This document shows, one piece after another, positions 22,782 through 34,250 of a stretch of 64,000 bases of DNA (position 1 is the stretch's first letter; every line of letters starts with the position of its first letter). The notes beneath the pieces were generated by a model. It saw only the letters and a program-made list of their open reading frames with translations, was not told the origin of the DNA and did not search any database. Origin of the DNA: Histomonas meleagridis 2922-C6/04-290x (lineage: Eukaryota > Protista > Parabasalia). The stretch is from contig JAANOX010000224.1 in assembly GCA_020184695.1 (NCBI GenBank), positions 366,730-430,729 of the forward strand, in the 5' to 3' direction. A program made the position numbers and the translations under genes.

Positions 22782-23879
22782 TTAATCGAAATCGCGTGAG
22801 CTGGTCCTTCTCGGTGTCACAAGGAACTGGTTTCTGCCTGCATTCACAACAGACGTTCCCAGCCCTGAACGGTTCGGAAAGATGAATTTATTTGGATGGA
22901 AGAAAATCGGATTTGATTCTCCACCTTCTCTAGCTTCTTTCCAATGAAGGTTCGTCTCTATGTTACTTATCACATCATCACAATCACCAATAAGCTCTGC
23001 ATTAAAATCACATTCAACACATTCTCTGTTGATCAATATTGATGGTACATCATAGAACATTGATGGCAAGTTAGCAATAGGCCTTACCTTAAGCGATGTT
23101 CCTATGACAATTAGAAGGTCTGCTTGGATCGAATCTTGAAACGCTTCTTTTTCATCAAAATTTGTATCTTGACCAAAGAAAACTATACCTGGTTTGATAT
23201 AACCTCCACAAGAAACGCAGCGAGGAACTGTACGAGCATTGATTGCTGGCCTCAAATCTTCTATCGAATATGATTTTCCGCAAAAAATACAATGATTTTC
23301 TCTCCATGAGCCATGAACGCATCGGAGCCTCTCTGGAGGAATTCCTTTCTCAAGTGTGTCAACATTTTGGGTGTATACGCGGAGCAATTTACCTTGTTGT
23401 TCAAGAGCTTCAATGAAATAATGAGCTGATGAGTACTGTGGTGTTTCTGAAGGAAATATTAGGTGTGCAACACTCCAAAATATAGATGGATTTTGCAAAA
23501 AGTATTGAATATCAAATACATCATAAGGATCATTAAGAACACCCATCTTTGCGACGGTATCATAAAGTCCACCGGGAGAACGAAAGTCTGGACCTGTACT
23601 TGCACCTGCTCCCATAAGGATCACTATATTTTTTGCCTGATAAATCAGGTTGTAAACCGTTCCGATGTCTGATATTTGTTGCTTAACTCGACCACGGCTT
23701 TCCAAATCTCTTTGGGATGCAATTTGGAAGATAAGATGCCACAAATTTTCCTCAGATACACCCAAAAAAGACGCAGCTTCAGAATGATCTTTTCCTAGAA
23801 GGTCACAGAGGAGATCTTTTGGGTCATCCCCGTGCTCATAGGCCTCGAAAACAGTATTTCTCAACGAGATCGTTTCCAT
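22782..23879 (-). CDS. Sir2-family NAD-dependent deacetylase
   Basis: GAGAS..PDFRSPGGLY, YTQNVDTLE, VHGS, CxxC...CxxC zinc site, KPGIVFFG, GTSLKV. Confidence 0.95.
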   Translation of the reverse strand: METISLRNTVFEAYEHGDDPKDLLCDLLGKDHSEAASFLGVSEENLWHLIFQIASQRDLESRGRVKQQISDIGTVYNLIYQAKNIVILMGAGASTGPDFRSPGGLYDTVAKMGVLNDPYDVFDIQYFLQNPSIFWSVAHLIFPSETPQYSSAHYFIEALEQQGKLLRVYTQNVDTLEKGIPPERLRCVHGSWRENHCIFCGKSYSIEDLRPAINARTVPRCVSCGGYIKPGIVFFGQDTNFDEKEAFQDSIQADLLIVIGTSLKVRPIANLPSMFYDVPSILINRECVECDFNAELIGDCDDVISNIETNLHWKEAREGGESNPIFFHPNKFIFPNRSGLGTSVVNAGRNQFLVTPRRTSSRDFD

Positions 23880-24631
23880 CTGCAGGTTCCTCTCTCAATT
23901 TCAGATTTTCAGCACAGCTTTTTCAATAAAACTGAATCAAATTCTCAAATTCAAATGGTTTTGCTCTCAAAAATATTTGGTCGATCTCGAAAATTCAATA
24001 AAATCGCCGTAAAACAAAATTTGCTGCTTTACATTGCTTTTTGAAAAAAAGTTTCGGTTAGACGTTGGCGGAGGAAATTTTTTGTCTTAACGTTTTAAGG
24101 TGGCAAAAGCAATCCAAAAAAAAGGCAAGACAAAGCCAAAAAGCATATAATTATATTAATGTTAAATTGTTGTGTTCGGTCTTGGAACTTTTCGATGTTA
24201 ACATGTTAAATCCTTGTTGCAATAATTTTTGTCTCATTATTAAATTTTTTATGAGCATTTCCCAAGGTTGGAACACGTTTTCATAATGATCTCGTTCCTT
24301 TGGTCACGTTTTAGGAAATATTTTTTTGTTTTTTCTTATTTGGATTAATTAATTGTTTGTCCAAAAAACAAATAGTTTTATTGGAGCCTCTTTCTACATT
24401 ACGAGAACGAAAGTTTAATCCTTATTATTTTGTTATCTTCGAGCATTTGCGCATGTTCATGCGATGTGAGTTGTGTTTGGTCTTTCATTCAAAAAGTAGA
24501 TTGAGAGCACAAAGAATTACCTCAAAGAAAACGTTTATTTCAGAAAGCGATAAAAATAAATTTTGCCAAAACCGAAACTTTGAGGGCTTATGCTCAACTC
24601 ATAAAAACGACAATTCTTTCACTGTATTACT

Positions 24632-26020
24632 TTATTCTTTCTTTAAGTTCTTTTCAGGAGTTGGTTCTTTTTTGTCTTTTTTCTTTGACCCTATAATTTT
24701 TGCATAGATGTTTACGCCGATGAAAACGCCGAAAGTTAAAATTGTTCCAATATAACCACAACTCCTTCTTACAAAGAAGAATGAATCAAAGGTTCTATAC
24801 CAGAATGTTGACGTAGCGTTTGTCATTGAAATCACCTTCCAAAAGTGATACAATAGATTTCCAAGTTTAGATCTCGAAGACCTTGGATAATATTTCTGAA
24901 GCATTTGATCGGCAACCGACGATGCAACAAGCTCAGGTAACAACATCAAGTATACTGGGTCAAAGCCATGCCATAATGCTGATACAACAAACACAGAATG
25001 ATGTGAAAAGGAGTAGCTAAATCCATTGTCTTTCAGTTGATAGAAAAGATACCTCTTAAAGAAGATATGTGATGTATGATTCCAAACTTGTAACCAAGCT
25101 CCAACTGACGGCGTTGTAAGAAGTTGGACTAAGCCCATGTTGGAACAATCATAGAAATCTTCTACAAGTGGTGTTTCACAAACTCCTGTTTCATAAATGC
25201 TGGATTCAACTGGATGCCATGCTGGATAATATCGACAAAATTGACCAATGGTACACACAATAGATAAAAGGAAACGTATAAAGACATTTTGGCGAACAAA
25301 CCAAGGTTGTGAATAAAATGAGATTTGAACTTTGTTCATAAAAAGAATGTTGAACACGGACCAAAATATGCTTGAAAGGAAGCGTTTGTTGGCATACTTA
25401 CGTGATTTAGAATCAGCTGAAATTTGTGGATGATCACCAATAGTAAGAATGTATTCAAAGATTTTGAACTCAAAACATGGACCTGAGTTGCCTCCCATTG
25501 GTGTTATGCAATATGCAAACCAATCAAGAAGTGATGGTTTTTTATCAAGAGCAAGACGCTTGGAAAATTCACGTTTAACAGGTTTTCCTTCCTTGATTTT
25601 GCGGCCATCAGAAAGGTTGAATGTTGTGAAAACTATACGATTAAATAGAATCATTGTAATTGCAGTTACTTCAAAATCCCATGATTCATTTGCCTTAAGT
25701 TTTTGATAAAGGTTTACAGCAGTATTTATGCCCATTGCAATTAAGGAAACAATATACGGGTTTTTATCTATGATGAAATAAGTTATAAATGTAATTAAAA
25801 TTGGGATGATAAAATCATTTTTGTATAAGATACGGGTAAGGAACAATCCTGTGATAATGTGAAATATAGAATGAAAATATCTTGATTTGATTTTTGGTAA
25901 AACCCAACGATATAGTGGCATTAAGCTCATGGTGATGGTGCAAAGCCAGAACACAGGACCAATGAATTCATATACATCAATAAACCATGCAAAAAGAGAT
26001 TTTTTTGCTTCTTTTTCCAT
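24632..26020 (-). CDS. MBOAT family lysophospholipid acyltransferase
   Basis: Multiple TMs; WNHTSHIFFKRY and VSALWHGF (catalytic His). Confidence 0.92.
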   Translation of the reverse strand: MEKEAKKSLFAWFIDVYEFIGPVFWLCTITMSLMPLYRWVLPKIKSRYFHSIFHIITGLFLTRILYKNDFIIPILITFITYFIIDKNPYIVSLIAMGINTAVNLYQKLKANESWDFEVTAITMILFNRIVFTTFNLSDGRKIKEGKPVKREFSKRLALDKKPSLLDWFAYCITPMGGNSGPCFEFKIFEYILTIGDHPQISADSKSRKYANKRFLSSIFWSVFNILFMNKVQISFYSQPWFVRQNVFIRFLLSIVCTIGQFCRYYPAWHPVESSIYETGVCETPLVEDFYDCSNMGLVQLLTTPSVGAWLQVWNHTSHIFFKRYLFYQLKDNGFSYSFSHHSVFVVSALWHGFDPVYLMLLPELVASSVADQMLQKYYPRSSRSKLGNLLYHFWKVISMTNATSTFWYRTFDSFFFVRRSCGYIGTILTFGVFIGVNIYAKIIGSKKKDKKEPTPEKNLKKE

Positions 26021-26599
26021 TAGGCAGGAATTTTGAGGGTTTACGGTTTTATGGGGACTTTGTAATGTGCAATTTTTTGAATATATATAAACGGTTTTAC
26101 TTCACAATTTACCAAACCATCACTTCACCTTTGTCGCCAAACTGCGTCACTTCAGAAGTGAGGTGATGTTTCACGCATGCGAAAATTTTTAGAAATAATT
26201 TTAAATTCAATAAGAAATTTTATTAAATAATTAATATTTTCCTTAGAAATCTTAGTAATCTTCACGAAACCCAGTGCAAACCGAATGTTTTTAATTTCAA
26301 GAAATTTTAATGATTCTGAGAAAATAAACATATTCTGATGAATTTTTTGATTTTTATAAATTCCCTATCATCACTTAAGTAAAAATCTGTCCTCAAATTG
26401 AGAAAAAAGCATAAAGATCAAAATGGAAATTTCGAAATCAATTTTTTCAAAATATTTATTTTTTAAGTCAAATCTTAATTATTTGTGATTTATATTATAT
26501 TTTACAAATGGTAGTTCTTGAAATCTTAAGGATGATTTTTTTTCATTCAATTTTCTTCATTTTTTTATCACTTTATTTTAAATCATATATAAAAAGTTC

Positions 26600-26952
26600 T
26601 ATGAAGTGGCAGTGGTCTTTTTTTTCTAGCTATAATATTAAAATAAAGAAAATATTAAAATATATGTATCATATTTTTTGATTTTGATGATTTGCCAAGA
26701 TATTTATATTTTGATGGTCAAAAAGTGCTCAAAAATTGGTATTTTATATATTTTTTGTTATGTGATCATATTCAATCAAAATTTTTGTGATTAAAATCGT
26801 TTTATTTGGTTTCACAAATATATTCGTTGAAGAAAATAAGACTTTAATTTTTCAATTTAAATAATAAATAAAAATAAAAATAATCAAATATATTAAAATA
26901 TTAAATTATATATTTTTATTCATAAATAAATAAAGACCAGCGCCACTTCATA
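26600..26952. mobile_element. Non-autonomous TIR element (MITE, Mutator-like TSD)
   Basis: 21-bp TIRs TATGAAGTGGCAGTGGTCTTT (26600-26620) and AAAGACCAGCGCCACTTCATA (26932-26952) with 2 mismatches; 9-bp direct repeat TAAAAAGTT at 26590-26598 and 26953-26961. Confidence 0.7.
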
Positions 26953-27393
26953 TAAAAAGTTGCATTTGCATAAATGTTGGAGAAGTCGTTTTTTTCATGT
27001 ATTTTCACTTTTTCTCAAAAATTTCAATAAAAATGATACAAGATAATAGTTTAGAAAATAAACATATCTAACATACAATATTACTATATGAGAAATATTC
27101 CAAAATTCCCGAAAAAGTATGGTCGAAATCATATCGAATTTGGAAAGATTGAACAATCAAAATTTCATACCGAGGGTATTTTTGTACTCTCCTACCGATA
27201 CCATTATTAACATAAAATTACCGTTGAAAAAATATTGCAGGATTTGAGGTTTGAGTACCTCTGAGTTTTTTTCTAAGAATAAAGATAAAAATGAATTTCA
27301 ATACATTCAAATTTTAATTCATAGAATATTATATATAATTGCAATCGTTCATTCAAAAGTGGATAAGTTTCAAAATTTATTTGCCAGACATTT

Positions 27394-28749
27394 ATGCTTG
27401 ACAATGAAGCGAACCTCAACTTGGGATACACAGTAAGCCCATTTGGAGGTGAATCTAGGCATTCTACAAAGAGTAGGTCTATTTACATGCAGATGTTGAA
27501 ATCACTTCAACATTTAATACTCAATTTAAACGAAGAAAATATTGAACTAACTGTTCAACAAACCATGGATTTATATAGACCGAAATATCCATATTCTTTT
27601 AATCGCATTTTAAGTATTTTGATATATTATTCGTTTATTTCGCAACGAGAGGAAGGAGATACGTATTTAAAATTCATAAAATTAATTCAGAAAAAAGAGG
27701 AAGAAATAAATGAAAATGATCCTAAGATCATTGAAGTGTTTAGTAGTTATTTAAATGACATCCAATTCTCGCAAGAATGTGAATATTTTCTTGAAAAAAT
27801 GATTGAGCAAAATTTAATTGAGAAAAATATTATCAAAAAAAATCGATCGAAATATTTTGCGCATTATAAAACAGAAGAAGAGAACAAAGAATTATATGAT
27901 GATTTTTTTAGTTATATATTTATTCAACAATATGATAAACTTTCGAAGAATGATTGGGAACTTCACAAGAAATATATAAAAGAAGCAGTAAACACATCAG
28001 AAATCTCAAAAATAATTCGAAATGATGATTTAGATAAACTTCAAGAAATATCATCGCAAGCTGAATTTGATTTTAATCAAAAAATAAAACCATCACTTTA
28101 TGAAAGATTTTCATTTATTAATGCGGAAAATGTTTCATTAATTGATTTTGCAGCATTTTTTTCATCAGTTAAATGTTTTAAATATTTACTTATGAATGGT
28201 GCAAAAGTAAATAACACAGCAAAACATGCAACTGCAGGTGGAAACTTAGAAATTATTCATTTATGTGAACAAAATCATTCATCATTTGAAAAATCATATG
28301 AAACAGCAATCGAATTTCATCGAAATGATATCTTTAAATATATTTATAAGAACAAAATCGAAAATTTAGATAAAAATGTACAAAATTCGACTTTTTATAA
28401 TATAGATCAAAACATTTTGAGATTAGTACCACCGAAATCAGATGAATTAAAATCTAAATATCTTAAAAAACTATTAAAATATTCTGATCGAGAAGGAAAT
28501 TATGAAATTTTCTTATATTTAATAAAAGAAATAAAAATCGATTTCAAATTTATTAATATGTTGGCAAGAAATGGAAATTTATTTCTTGTGAAACATTTTC
28601 TGAAAGAATATCCAATTCCTAAAAATATTTTAGTTCCTTCTGTAAGTTCAGGAAACATTGAACTTGTGAAATATGTTCTTAAACATGAAGGAATCGATAT
28701 AAATGCTAAAATTTTTTTGTTTGATTTAAAGATTATTTTTTTAATATGA
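27394..28749 (+). CDS. DUF3447-ankyrin protein, N-terminal part (locus A)
   Basis: LIDFAAFFSSVKCFKYLLMNGA...AGGNLEIIHLCEQ...AIEFHRN; the ORF ends only after running into the first 80-nt spacer. Confidence 0.85.
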   Translation: MLDNEANLNLGYTVSPFGGESRHSTKSRSIYMQMLKSLQHLILNLNEENIELTVQQTMDLYRPKYPYSFNRILSILIYYSFISQREEGDTYLKFIKLIQKKEEEINENDPKIIEVFSSYLNDIQFSQECEYFLEKMIEQNLIEKNIIKKNRSKYFAHYKTEEENKELYDDFFSYIFIQQYDKLSKNDWELHKKYIKEAVNTSEISKIIRNDDLDKLQEISSQAEFDFNQKIKPSLYERFSFINAENVSLIDFAAFFSSVKCFKYLLMNGAKVNNTAKHATAGGNLEIIHLCEQNHSSFEKSYETAIEFHRNDIFKYIYKNKIENLDKNVQNSTFYNIDQNILRLVPPKSDELKSKYLKKLLKYSDREGNYEIFLYLIKEIKIDFKFINMLARNGNLFLVKHFLKEYPIPKNILVPSVSSGNIELVKYVLKHEGIDINAKIFLFDLKIIFLI

Positions 28750-29924
28750 TAATTCTAAATAATATATAGAAATCATTTGTTTTATTTCATACAGCTCTTA
28801 TGATGGCTGTATATAATGATGATGAAATATTAAAATTACTTCTTGAACAAGAAGAAATTAATGTTAATGCTAAAGATGATTTTTGTTTGTTAACTTTTTT
28901 GTTTATTTATTAAATTTAACATTATGTTCGTGTACTTGGAAATTGTTCAAATCATTTGAAACAGCACTTATGTTAGCATCTGAAATTGGTAATGTTAATG
29001 GAATAAAATTACTTCTTAAAAATGAGGATATTAATATTAATCAAAAAAATGTTTTTTCGTTATATTCGAATTTTTTAAAATAATTACGTTATTCCATAAA
29101 ATTTTTTGGAAAATGTTTACATTATTTGAAACAGCTTTAACTATAGCAATTGTAAGGAATCAAACAAATGTTGTGAAATTACTTCTTGAACAAGAAGATA
29201 TTGATATTAATATTGAGGATTTTTAATTGTTTAATTTGATTTTTATTTTGTTCATTTGATATATTAAAATAATATTTGGAATATATTAAATTTATTTAAA
29301 ACGCCACTTATATTTGCATCAATGAATAATAATGCTGAAATAATAAAATTACTTCTTGACAAAGAAGGAATTGATATTAATGCAAAAGATATTTGTTTTA
29401 TTTATTTGGCGTTTTTTAAAATGATATCATATATCAAATTAATATTTGAAATTTTTATAGATAATAAAGAACTGCACTTATTTATGCTTCTGAAAGAAGT
29501 AATAAAAAAATTGTTCAACTACTTCTTGAAAAAGAAGGAATTGATATTAATGCTAAAGATGTTTTATAGTTTTGTTTTGGTTTTATTTTAATAATTTAAA
29601 ATTTAATAGTTTTATATGAAAAATATTTAAATTATTTCAAACAGCATTGATTGTTGCAGCTAACAATGATCAAATAGAAATAGTTGAATTACTTCTTGAG
29701 CAAAAAGAAATTGATGTTAATGCTAAAGATATTTATTTGTGTTGTTATTTGTTTACTTTTGTTATCTAATTTTTCAAAGTATTGTTTGGAGATTGATAAA
29801 ATTATATTTTACAGCACTTATGTTAGCTTTCCAAAACGGAAATACAAAAATAGTCAAATTATTCGAACAAAAAGGTATTAAAATAAGTTCTAAAGATATT
29901 TGTTTAATTTTTTTGATAATATAA
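28711..29924 (+). repeat. Ankyrin array A: 7 ankyrin units separated by 80/83-nt AT-rich spacers
   Basis: Units start at 28791, 28961, 29131, 29301, 29471, 29641 and 29811 (170-nt period); each reads T(A/P)LxxAxxxxxxxIxKLLLxxxxIxINxKD-like. Confidence 0.92.
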
Positions 29925-30389
29925 ATGATTTGGATTAAACCAACTTTTTTTATAAAATAAAAATAAACATAGAAACCAAAATAAAAAACCAAAACAAGAA
30001 AAATTTATAATTAATAAAACTTGTTATTTCATAATAATTTTTTTTAAAAATATAATCATCAAATACGTTGAATTTTTTTTTTCTTTTGGATAAAAAAAAT
30101 AACTATGAGAAATATTCAAATAGAAATATAACTTTGTAATCTCTTATGACTGTATGTAGATTAAAATTGATAAAAATTGATTTCTTTATTTGGACATAAG
30201 CTTTTTATTTTTATCATTTAATAAATGAACAAAATTTAATGTTAAAAATTTATATTTTCATTAATATTCGTAGTCTTAAAAAAGTGTGTTGCAACAAAAA
30301 AGCATAGATTTACACAGAATATATCAGGCTAATTGAAATGAAAGTTAAACATTTTAAGGATATATTCATAACTCTTTTTTATTTAAATA

Positions 30390-30720
30390 AATCAAAAGAA
30401 ATTGCAGTATTGGAATTTTATTTTTTTCCTTTTGCTTTATCATAATGATATAATCATATAACTTTTCTGTTTATTTGAAAGATGAAAGATTATCAATAGA
30501 ACGATGATAAATCCTTTTCCTTGCTTCACCAATGAAGCATGTATTGAATTAAGGTCATCATATCCTCCAGTATAAAGTTGAATGTTTTGGTCATCAACAA
30601 CAAGAATAACTTTTCCAGAAGTTATGCATATTAAATAGTCGGATCATATTCATTTATTAAATGTCCATGCACAAATTGAGTTGTTAGTGCTAATGCAAAG
30701 CAAATGCACCAAAAACTTCA
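30390..30720 (-). pseudogene. Ras/Rap-family GTPase pseudogene
   Basis: Across frames: ALTTQFVHGHLINEYDPTI*, KVILVVDDQNIQL, GKGFIIV; stops and frameshifts present. Confidence 0.7.
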
Positions 30721-30954
30721 ATCACGTAACACCCATAGAAAAAAGAGCATTCAATTTTCAACAAAAAACGATTAAATTTATCAGAAAATGAATGGCATCA
30801 ATCACTGAAGTAGGATCATGAGATCTCATGCGATAATGAACTCCAGCCCCCATCAGTATTTTTGTAAAATAATGATTCCAGTACTTCATAAGAAGTATTG
30901 CATGAGCACATAAAAATGTGAAGAGTAAACCTTGTTTATAAATGGTAAAGGTTA

Positions 30955-31536
30955 TTAATTGCAACACCCTTTTTTCTCATTTTGGGTTGGCCCATTGGAT
31001 TGGATTTGAATTGACTTTCCCTTTGCACTTACTTTGATATTGCAATCTGCAATTTCACCAAATAAGTTTTCTACTCCATCACCTGTTATTGCAGATGTCA
31101 CAAAGTAGTTTTCGGCTAATCCTTCGTTCGATGTCAAATTATCAACAAACTTGGTGGCTTCTTCGATTTCATTGGAACTTAGTAAATCAGACTTAGTGAC
31201 TGTTAAGAAAATCGTGCATTCTGGTGAAATTTCGATAACTTTATCGATCCATTCAGTTAAAGTATTGAGGTTTTCTTTATTTGCACAAACAATGGCAACA
31301 TTTGCACCTCTATAATACATTGGCATAATGGCTTGATATTCTTCTTGTCCGGCTGTGTCCCATAAGTCGAGTTTAACTTTGATGTTTCGGCTGTTAATCA
31401 CAGTTTTGGTGTAATTTTCAGGGCTTACAGTAGAAACAGTTGAGAGATTTTCTCCCCTAAAGTAGTTAAGGAGGGAGGTCTTGCCCACACCAGAGCTTCC
31501 TACAAAAATTACTTTCATTGTATTTTCGTCATCCAT
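30955..31536 (-). CDS. Rab-like small GTPase
   Basis: GSSGVGKTS, WDTAGQEEY, TKSD, TSA, C-terminal GCCN prenylation signal. Confidence 0.93.
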   Translation of the reverse strand: MDDENTMKVIFVGSSGVGKTSLLNYFRGENLSTVSTVSPENYTKTVINSRNIKVKLDLWDTAGQEEYQAIMPMYYRGANVAIVCANKENLNTLTEWIDKVIEISPECTIFLTVTKSDLLSSNEIEEATKFVDNLTSNEGLAENYFVTSAITGDGVENLFGEIADCNIKVSAKGKSIQIQSNGPTQNEKKGCCN

Positions 31537-31735
31537 TTTGGATCAGTGAGTTACGGTTTCCTTTTTGTTTAGTTTACAAAACCGAAAATTGGTAATTAAT
31601 GTAAAATAAAACCTGAAATTATGGTTATTTTAGTGTTTTTAAGAATCTATTTAAAAAGTTTTTCGAAGATTTTTGATTGTTAAATAATTTTCAAATATTA
31701 TTTAGAAATAAAATTATTATTAAATATTTATTTTA

Positions 31736-33870
31736 ATGAACAAAAAAATTATTCAATTCAAAGGATTAAATATTCATTCATTATCATTTGGTACTAATGA
31801 TTCATATCTTAAAGCTATGGAACCTAAAATTAATAAGATATTACCATTAGTAGAAAAATCTTATGCATCTCATGGTAAGATTAGTCCTGAATTAACAGAA
31901 CTTCGAACAGATTTAATTACAATCATTAATAAAGAAACTAAGAATCCTTATGAATTAATTGAAAAACTTAAGACAGCTACAGATGTCCAAAAAGTTATTT
32001 CTAATTCTATGCAAAAGATTGGTGTATCTACAAAGAATTTAATTGAATCAGTCCAAAATAGAAATAAATCATCTAAAACTCAAGCAATTGCAGAAATCAT
32101 TGAATATGTCTCTAATTCTATAGCAGCTATATTCCAAGGATTAAATGTTACATCATGTGAAAATGATTCGATTTATAATGATTGTATTAGAATATTCGAT
32201 TCTTCTTTAATATCAGTACGTTCAATGATTGATATCCTTAAGACTTCTGCAGTTTCTTCTACTTCTATTCTGTTTTTTTTTTTAATGTAGATCTACACGT
32301 TCATTTAATAGAATGTTTGATTCGATGCTTGATATTATGGAAGTATACTAATATCCCAATTTATAAACAAAAGCCTACATCAGATATCGGTAAATCTAAA
32401 TTAGAATTCATGAGAATTGCTTCTGATGTAATTAAATCATTATCTTCAACTATTACAGCTAGAGCAGAATCTAAAATCCCCGAAACATTTGAAATAATGT
32501 TCAATTCACAAGTCGAAAAATTAGAGAAATCTATGAAAGAATTAGAAACTAAATCAACTAAATTATTACAATTAAATACTGATAAACAAGCAGAGAAAGA
32601 ATTTAATAATTTATTTGTTACTATTAAAGAACAATTTGGACAATTCAAAGCTAATGCTAAAAACCCAACATTAAACAAACAAGATTCGGCATTATTTGAT
32701 TTAGTGATTCATTTGGTGGGTTAACACGTGTTATTAATAAGTTAACTGATGCTGTACCTATAGTGCCTGATTTAGAAAATGCCGAAAAACTTAAGAAACG
32801 TTATGTAATGCCATCAGTACCTAAAGACACTGCTAATTTGAAAGTTATTGATTCAGTTAAGAAGTTAAATGAATATATTAATATTTATCAACAAAAGTCT
32901 AAAGCATTTTATGGATTATTCCCTAATGCAAAGAATGCACAATTAGCAGATTCAATGAATGAAGTATATACAGCTATAGATAATGTCGTATTACAAACAT
33001 TAAGAGTTTCAGCTATATCGATGAACTTAGAATTGCAAAGTGGTTTAGCAACTACTTGTAGTAACATTGCAGTAAATTATGATTCATTACTTAAGGAATT
33101 ACGTAGTAGATTCATGTTAAGTGGTGATTGGGATGGACAATCACCGAAATATAGAGAAAACATTAAGAACGCAATTGAAGAGACACAGAAAATCGTGCAA
33201 AAGGCATTAGAAATAGCCGAAGAAGAAGCTAAAGCACAAAATGCAGTTAACGCTAAGTTCACTAATGTATTAAATCCATTAACACAAGTTAAATCATCAT
33301 TAGAAACTTATAATGATAAAGTCAAGACAATGAAGTCAAGTATCTCACGTGAATATGCTACAAACATGTTTGAATTGGTATCACTTTATGCGACTCTGTA
33401 AATCATGTTGTGTTACATGCGAAGGCACATCCAAGTAGTGAAGAAAGCGTCGATAGTTATCTTTCATTAACTGAAGAAGTAACTGAACAAATGAAATTAT
33501 TACTCGACGCGTCAACTAAAATTACTTCACAAGAAAAGAAAGTCGAAGAACCCGAAACTTTGGTCATCGACAGAATGAAAGGATTAAATGGAATCGGAGA
33601 GAAATTCGCAAAGCCGCATAACAATGAGTCACCTGAAGCAAAGGCACTGAGAGAAGGCGTAGTAGTAATATGTAAAGGTGCAAACGCATTAGCAAACTCC
33701 GCAGAAACTGCTTTGACAAGAAGAAGCTGCAAAAGAAGGGCGGCGCTGTCGTGAGAGTTGGAACAACAAAGGAAAGTTTGCTCAAGAGATTGGAGCTCGA
33801 GTCAAGAGTCATTAGAGCACGTATCATACTCGAGAAGTCTGAGAAGAATCTCGCTGAACTTGGATGAAAT
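31736..33870 (+). CDS. Talin/HIP1R-like helical-bundle protein (I/LWEQ-like C-terminus), frameshifted in this sequence
   Basis: Four consecutive ORFs join by single-base shifts near 32270-32345, 32705, 33395 and 33712; the corrected end reads KRLELESRVIRARIILEKSEKNLAELG*. Confidence 0.5.
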
Positions 33871-34250
33871 GAGGAGAAAATTTAACGAAAAAATTAATTA
33901 AAATTACTGTGATGTTTTATACAGAAGAATATGGAAACATTTGGAAAGATCGAATGCGTCCTCATGTAATTACTTCTTTAATATAAACTTCGCACGCAAA
34001 TATATTATTCTGGACATAAGTTTCTCTGTTACGGATTTTTATATTTTCAACATCATTAATTATTTGGCGTGAAACTTGTATAATTTACATGGAGAAAAAC
34101 GACAAAAAGTGCAAAAGTTGTACAGTTGTGTAATGCTTTGAAATGATGCTGTAAACAGCGGCCGATGGATTTTTCTATAAAACGATAATGAATTTTGAGT
34201 AAAAAGTTCTCTTGCATTGAATTACCGTATTTACAGTTCGGACAATCCTG

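Noticed and set aside
28711-29924. Stop-codon reassignment explaining the ankyrin arrays
   Set aside because: Ordinary genes here end in TAA, TAG and TGA, and the spacers also shift frame, so recoding stops alone cannot restore the protein.
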